Source: a bacterium (GTDB taxonomy: Bacteria > Zhuqueibacterota > Zhuqueibacteria > Residuimicrobiales > Krinioviventaceae). From it: 64,000 nucleotides of DNA. The stretch is taken from assembly GCA_963674595.2 (NCBI GenBank), contig CAXXFV010000016.1, positions 192,001-256,000 of the forward strand, in the 5' to 3' direction. The notes beneath the pieces were generated by a model, which saw only the letters and a program-made list of their open reading frames with translations, was not told the origin of the DNA and searched no databases. How positions within the stretch are numbered: position 1 is the first letter of the stretch; each line of letters opens with the position of its first letter. The position numbers and the translations under genes are program-made. Below, piece by piece: positions 58,848 through 64,000 of this stretch.

Positions 58848-60524
58848 ATGAGATCAGATAGTGTAAAAAAAGGAATTGAAAGATCTCCGCATAGAAGTCT
58901 TTTAAAGGCAACCGGAGTTAAAGATGAAGATTTTAATAAACCTTTTATAGGTATTTGTAATTCTTATATTGATTTAATACCGGGGCATGTACATCTGCAG
59001 GAATTTGGCCGAAAGGTAAAAGAATCTGTCCGGCAGGCTGGTGGCGTCCCTTTTGAGTTTAATACAATTGGTGTGGATGATGGTATTGCTATGGGGCATG
59101 TCGGCATGAACTATAGCCTGCCTTCACGAGAGCTTATTGCCGACTGTGTTGAGACCGTGGCGGAAGCACACCGGCTGGATGCTTTGGTATGTATTCCCAA
59201 TTGTGATAAAATTGTTCCGGGAATGTTGATGGCCGCTGCCCGTATGAATATTCCGACAATTTTCATTTCCGGCGGACCCATGAAAAAGGGAATTGATTCA
59301 AAAGGAAAACCTGTTGATCTTATTTCTATTTTTGAAGGAATCGGTGAATTTAAAGCCGGCAAAATTTCTGAAACGGATTTGAAAGATTTGGAAGACCATG
59401 GTTGTCCTACATGCGGCAGTTGTTCCGGTATGTTTACAGCCAATAGCATGAACTGTTTGTGTGAAGCGCTTGGAATGGCCTTGCCCGGTAATGGTACTGT
59501 TTTAGCTGTTGATCCGAAGCGGGATGAGCTTATCAAACAAATTGGTACGCGAATAATGGACTTGCTGGAAAAGGACATTAAACCGCTTGATATTATGACA
59601 ACTGAAGCATTTATGAATGCCTTGGCCCTAGATTTGGCCATGGGCGGATCATCCAATACGGTTTTACATACCTTGGCAATCGCCAATGAAGCAGGTGTGC
59701 AGCTCGATTTGGCCAGTTTTAATCCGTTGGCTGATAAAGTGCCCTATTTGTGTAAAGTTTCACCGGCAACCAAAACAGTTCATATTGAAGATGTGGACAA
59801 GGCCGGCGGTATTTCTGCGATTTTGAACGAGTTGTCAAAAATATCCGGTTTACTGAATTTGGATCAGATTACGGTTACAGGAAAATCATTGGGTGAGAAT
59901 ATTAAAAACAGTCCGATTCAGGATAATAATATTATCCGACATCTCGATAATCCCTATGCACAAAAGGGTGGTTTATCGATTTTGTTTGGTAATTTGGCGC
60001 CTATGGGCGGAGTTATAAAAACAGGTGCTGTGGCTGAAAAAATGTGGGATTTTCGAGGACCTGCCCGAATATTTAACAATGAGCAGGATGCTATTGATGC
60101 TATCTATGATGATAAAATTAAACCCGGTGATGTTGTGATAATAAGATATGAGGGACCCAAAGGCGGACCGGGTATGCCGGAAATGCTCTCACCGACTTCT
60201 GCGATTATGGGACGTGGTTTGGGTGATTCTGTTGCCCTGATAACCGACGGACGTTTTTCCGGCGGAACGCGCGGCGCTTGTATTGGTCATGTTTCTCCGG
60301 AAGCTGCTGCGGGCGGCCCAATCGCCGCATTAAAAGAGGGCGATATTATTCATATTGATTTATATAACCGAACGTTGGATATAGATATATCTGAAAAAGA
60401 GTTGAATGAACGGATGGCAACATTACCATCCTTTGAGCCTAAAATTAAAAAAGGTTGGCTGGCACGTTATATTGTTCATGTAACTTCTGCCAACACGGGT
60501 GCAATTTTAAAAATACAAGAGTAA
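58848..60524 (+). CDS. ilvD: Dihydroxy-acid dehydratase
   Basis: [69 protein letters not shown]; start MRSD (58848) after AAGG. Confidence 0.97.
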   Translation: MRSDSVKKGIERSPHRSLLKATGVKDEDFNKPFIGICNSYIDLIPGHVHLQEFGRKVKESVRQAGGVPFEFNTIGVDDGIAMGHVGMNYSLPSRELIADCVETVAEAHRLDALVCIPNCDKIVPGMLMAAARMNIPTIFISGGPMKKGIDSKGKPVDLISIFEGIGEFKAGKISETDLKDLEDHGCPTCGSCSGMFTANSMNCLCEALGMALPGNGTVLAVDPKRDELIKQIGTRIMDLLEKDIKPLDIMTTEAFMNALALDLAMGGSSNTVLHTLAIANEAGVQLDLASFNPLADKVPYLCKVSPATKTVHIEDVDKAGGISAILNELSKISGLLNLDQITVTGKSLGENIKNSPIQDNNIIRHLDNPYAQKGGLSILFGNLAPMGGVIKTGAVAEKMWDFRGPARIFNNEQDAIDAIYDDKIKPGDVVIIRYEGPKGGPGMPEMLSPTSAIMGRGLGDSVALITDGRFSGGTRGACIGHVSPEAAAGGPIAALKEGDIIHIDLYNRTLDIDISEKELNERMATLPSFEPKIKKGWLARYIVHVTSANTGAILKIQE

Positions 60525-60527
60525 GTT

Positions 60528-62252
60528 ATGACGGCTGCACGAAAAACCAAAATTAGCGGTGCAGAAATATTTTTTGAATGTCTGCGTCAACAAAATGTTG
60601 ATACCATTTTTGGATATCCGGGTGGTGCTGTTTTGCCGATTTATGATCATCTTTATGATGTGGATTTTTTAAAGCATATTCTTGTTCGCCACGAACAGGG
60701 CGCCACTCACATGGCCGAAGGTTATGCCAAGGCAACGGGCAAGCCCGGTGTTGTGCTTGTAACATCCGGTCCGGGTGCGACAAATACAATCACTGGTATA
60801 ACCGACGCTTACATGGATTCCATTCCGATTGTGGTCTTTACAGGTCAGGTGCATAGTCATCTTATTGGTAACGACGCCTTTCAGGAAGCAGATACAACCG
60901 GAATTACACGGTCCATTACCAAATGGAGCACCATTGTTAAAAAAGCCGAGGATATTGCACCAGCTATTCGTAAGGCTTTTTATATTGCTACAACCGGTCG
61001 TCCCGGACCGGTTGTGGTGGATATTTGCAAAGACGCCATGATCAACAAAGCTGTGCATGAATGTCCAAAAGAAATCGTGATTAAAGGCTATAATCCGCCG
61101 GTTGAAGGACACTCGTCCATGGTCCAAAATGCAGCAGACGTTATAAAAAACTCAAAACGTCCTTTAATATATGCCGGCGGGGGTGTTATTCTTTCAAACG
61201 CCGGCAAGCAATTAACCGAGTTTGCAGTTAAAACAGGTATTCCTGTGACACTGACTTTGCATGGGCTCGGTGCTTTCCCTGGTTCTGATGAACAGTTTTT
61301 GGGTATGCTCGGTATGCACGGCACCTTTTCGGCCAATCAGGCTGTAAATGATTGTGATTGTCTCATCGCCATTGGGGCCAGATTTGACGACCGGGTTACC
61401 GGCAAGGTTGACACTTTTGCCGCCAACGCTGAAAAAATTCATATTGATATTGATCCGGCATCGATCAATAAGAACATCAAGGTAAAATACCCCATTGTTG
61501 GCGATGTTAAAGTTGTTTTGCAGCAGTTGGATGTTTTGTTTTCTGAAAAATTGGATTTAACGGATTGGTGGAATAAAATTAATGAATGGCGACAGCAATG
61601 TCCTTTGCAAGTGCCGGATGTGGATGAATTTATCAGGCCACAAAATGTTTTGAAAAAAATATCCGACAGGGTAAAAGGGAATGCAGTGGTTATTTCGGAT
61701 GTCGGGCAAAATCAAATGTGGACGGCCCAGCATATTTTATTTGATAACGAACGTTCGCATATTACATCCGGCGGATTGGGTACAATGGGATTTTCTGTTC
61801 CGGCAGCCATTGGTGCCGCATTTGGCGTGAAAGACCGGCCGGTTATTTCCATTAGCGGCGACGGTGGTTTCCAAATGAATATGCAGGAACTTATTACGGC
61901 TGCTTTTTACAAATTGCCCGTCAAATTTATTATTTTTAATAACAGTTATCTTGGCATGGTCCGTCAGTGGCAGGAACTTTTCCATGATTCGCGTTTTTCC
62001 TATACCGACTTGTCTCACAGCAATCCGGATTTTATCAAAATTGCGGATGGAATGGGATGTCAGGCAAAAAAGGTCGATTCTTCCGCACATGTGGATGAGG
62101 CTTTGGATTGGGCATTTAGCATCAACGATGGCCCTGTTGTTTTAGAGTTTGTGACCGTAAAAGAGGAAATGGTTTTTCCAATGGTACCGAGCGGCGCCCC
62201 GGTTAGTGAAATGATATTAAAACGTCTGGACCCTGAAAAGTTTGACGTTTAG
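60528..62252 (+). CDS. ilvB: Acetolactate synthase, large subunit
   Basis: FGYPGGAVLP, RHEQG, TSGPGATN, DAFQEAD, GMLGMHG, RFDDRV, GDGGFQMN, LGMVRQWQ. Confidence 0.96.
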   Translation: MTAARKTKISGAEIFFECLRQQNVDTIFGYPGGAVLPIYDHLYDVDFLKHILVRHEQGATHMAEGYAKATGKPGVVLVTSGPGATNTITGITDAYMDSIPIVVFTGQVHSHLIGNDAFQEADTTGITRSITKWSTIVKKAEDIAPAIRKAFYIATTGRPGPVVVDICKDAMINKAVHECPKEIVIKGYNPPVEGHSSMVQNAADVIKNSKRPLIYAGGGVILSNAGKQLTEFAVKTGIPVTLTLHGLGAFPGSDEQFLGMLGMHGTFSANQAVNDCDCLIAIGARFDDRVTGKVDTFAANAEKIHIDIDPASINKNIKVKYPIVGDVKVVLQQLDVLFSEKLDLTDWWNKINEWRQQCPLQVPDVDEFIRPQNVLKKISDRVKGNAVVISDVGQNQMWTAQHILFDNERSHITSGGLGTMGFSVPAAIGAAFGVKDRPVISISGDGGFQMNMQELITAAFYKLPVKFIIFNNSYLGMVRQWQELFHDSRFSYTDLSHSNPDFIKIADGMGCQAKKVDSSAHVDEALDWAFSINDGPVVLEFVTVKEEMVFPMVPSGAPVSEMILKRLDPEKFDV

Positions 62253-62273
62253 TTTTTAGAAATTGAGGTTGTA

Positions 62274-63698
62274 ATGGACAGTCATTCCAAAACAATGTTT
62301 GAAAAGATTTGGCAACATCATATTATAAAAGAAAAAGCCGGGGAACCCGGTGTGCTTTATATTGATTTGCATCTCGTACACGAAGTAACCTCTCCTCAGG
62401 CATTTCAGGGTTTGCGAGATAAAGGCCTTAACGTCTCCCAACCTTCGCAAACGATTGGTACAATTGATCATTCCATACCAACCACTGATATTGCGCTGCC
62501 GATTTCCGATGTTTTGGCCGCAGCACAAATGAAAAAGCTGGTTGAAAATTGCCGTGAATTTGGGATTCCTGTGTTTGATACAAAATCCGAAAATCGGGGT
62601 ATTGTACATGTCATTGGCCCTGAACTAGGATTAACACAGCCCGGTATGACCATTGTTTGTGGTGACAGCCATACCAGCACGCACGGTGCCTTTGGGGCAT
62701 TGGCATTTGGAATCGGTACAAGTGAAGTCGAACATGTGCTGGCAACCCAGTCGCTTTTGCAAACCAAACCCAAAACCATGCTGGTTCAAATAGATGGTAC
62801 TCTCCAGCCGGGTGTGACTGCCAAAGACATTATCCTTGCCTTAATTGCCAAAATAGGCGTAGGCGGCGGTACCGGACATGTTATCGAATATGCCGGTTCG
62901 GCAATAAAAGCGTTGAGTATGGAAAATCGTATGACCATTTGTAATATGAGTATTGAAGCCGGCGCCAGGGCCGGAATGATTGCGCCCGATGAAAAAACAT
63001 TTGAATATTTATATGGAAGAAAATGTGCACCAAAAGATGACCGATGGGAAAAAGCGATCCAACAATGGCAAACGCTTCCGAGTGATCCTGACGCTAAATT
63101 TGACAAAACTGTTAATCTGGATGTTTCTCAATTAAAACCCATGATAACTTTTGGAACGAATCCGGGAATGGGCATTGCGATTGATGAAAATGTTCCGTCA
63201 CCGCAAAATCTCCGGGATACAAATCAGCGAAAAGCTTTGGAAAAAGCCTTGAATTATATGGGATTAGAGGCCGGGCAGAAACTGTTGGGCCAACCGATTG
63301 ATGTTGTTTTTATTGGTAGCTGTACAAACGGCCGGATTCAGGATCTGCGAGCTGCCGCTGAAATATTTAAAGACAGAAAAGTTGCAAAAAATATTCGTGT
63401 TTTGGTTGTTCCCGGATCACAGCAGGTTAAAAGAATGGCCCAGGAAGAGGGTCTGGATAAAATATTTATAAACGCCGGTGCAGAATGGCGCGAATCCGGA
63501 TGCAGTATGTGTATTGCCATGAATGGCGACGAGATTCAGCAGGGGCAATATGCAGTGAGCACAAGTAATCGGAATTTTGAAGGACGACAGGGCAAAGGCG
63601 GACGAACACTGCTGGCGAGTCCTTTAACGGCGGCGGCAACTGCGGTAACCGGGAAAATTACCGATGTTCGTACGCTTTTATCTTCGGCAGGAGAATAA
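62274..63698 (+). CDS. leuC: 3-isopropylmalate dehydratase large subunit
   Basis: [49 protein letters not shown]. Confidence 0.97.
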   Translation: MDSHSKTMFEKIWQHHIIKEKAGEPGVLYIDLHLVHEVTSPQAFQGLRDKGLNVSQPSQTIGTIDHSIPTTDIALPISDVLAAAQMKKLVENCREFGIPVFDTKSENRGIVHVIGPELGLTQPGMTIVCGDSHTSTHGAFGALAFGIGTSEVEHVLATQSLLQTKPKTMLVQIDGTLQPGVTAKDIILALIAKIGVGGGTGHVIEYAGSAIKALSMENRMTICNMSIEAGARAGMIAPDEKTFEYLYGRKCAPKDDRWEKAIQQWQTLPSDPDAKFDKTVNLDVSQLKPMITFGTNPGMGIAIDENVPSPQNLRDTNQRKALEKALNYMGLEAGQKLLGQPIDVVFIGSCTNGRIQDLRAAAEIFKDRKVAKNIRVLVVPGSQQVKRMAQEEGLDKIFINAGAEWRESGCSMCIAMNGDEIQQGQYAVSTSNRNFEGRQGKGGRTLLASPLTAAATAVTGKITDVRTLLSSAGE

Positions 63699-63702
63699 AT
63701 CT

Positions 63703-64000
63703 ATGGAACCGTTTACAACTTTAAAAAGTCGGTTTTTATCTTTACCTGTAAATGATATCGATACTGATCAGATAATTCCGGCCAGATTTTTAAAAGTAAC
63801 GGATAAAAATGGTTTGGGAGACAATCTGTTTTATGATTGGCGATATTTTTCAGATGGGTCTGTTCGGCCTGATTTTATCTTAAATCAAAAAACGGCTCAG
63901 AATGCAAAAATTTTAGTGGCAGGTGATAATTTTGGTTGCGGTTCAAGCCGCGAGCATGCACCCTGGGCATTATATGCTTTTGGATTTCGGGTTATTATCA
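63703..64000 (+). CDS. leuD: 3-isopropylmalate dehydratase small subunit (3'-truncated by the window edge; not in the ORF track)
   Basis: Translated by hand: MEPFTTLKS...[15 protein letters not shown]...LFYDWRY...[15 protein letters not shown]. Confidence 0.95.
   Translation, partial: MEPFTTLKSRFLSLPVNDIDTDQIIPARFLKVTDKNGLGDNLFYDWRYFSDGSVRPDFILNQKTAQNAKILVAGDNFGCGSSREHAPWALYAFGFRVII

Noticed and set aside
59111-63520. Long minus-strand ORFs over ilvD, ilvB and leuC
   Set aside because: Antisense shadows of highly conserved genes
1-64000. tRNA, rRNA, CRISPR array, prophage or integrase
   Set aside because: None recognised on reading; tRNAscan, Infernal and CRISPR finders were not run

Overview
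Bacterial chromosomal window, AT-rich and densely coding, with no rRNA, tRNA, CRISPR array or mobile element that I can recognise. Several secreted proteins end in an 'NYPNPFNP'-type C-terminal sorting/FlgD-Ig domain, the promoters are canonical TTGACA/TAnnnT and the ribosome-binding sites are GGAG. Together these suggest an FCB-superphylum lineage outside Bacteroidota proper, such as KSB1 or Calditrichota (inference). Contents in order: partial HisKA_2 kinase; long Lhr helicase; short asparaginase; DUF1080-SSADH-Tat TIM barrel; AddAB-like helicase/nuclease pair; an unannotated 27-aa membrane peptide behind a sigma54-like promoter; YgiQ radical SAM; trxB; aldo-keto reductase; isochorismatase; greA with a leader terminator; glycoside-hydrolase-like plus URO-D-like pair; mnmA-phoR-phoB divergent from a PiT transporter, a TonB-dependent receptor and a secreted protein with a near-identical 1.2-kb internal duplication (11-bp-phased Pho-box-like arrays precede the PiT and receptor genes); GNAT-DUF1848-DUF456; trxA; manC-ptsN-mini zinc ribbon; a serine palmitoyltransferase-like gene; a 10-kb cluster of secreted and lipoprotein genes; the Rrf2/CymR-metY-cysK-metX-metW operon; and ilvD-ilvB-leuC-leuD(partial). 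The best candidates for undescribed systems are (i) the Pho-regulated outer-membrane uptake module, (ii) the 732-aa DUF483-like/internal-signal/CxxC-HxxxH-repeat fusion within the secreted cluster, and (iii) several small regulatory elements missing from the ORF track. All family assignments come from motif recognition by eye; no database searches were run.
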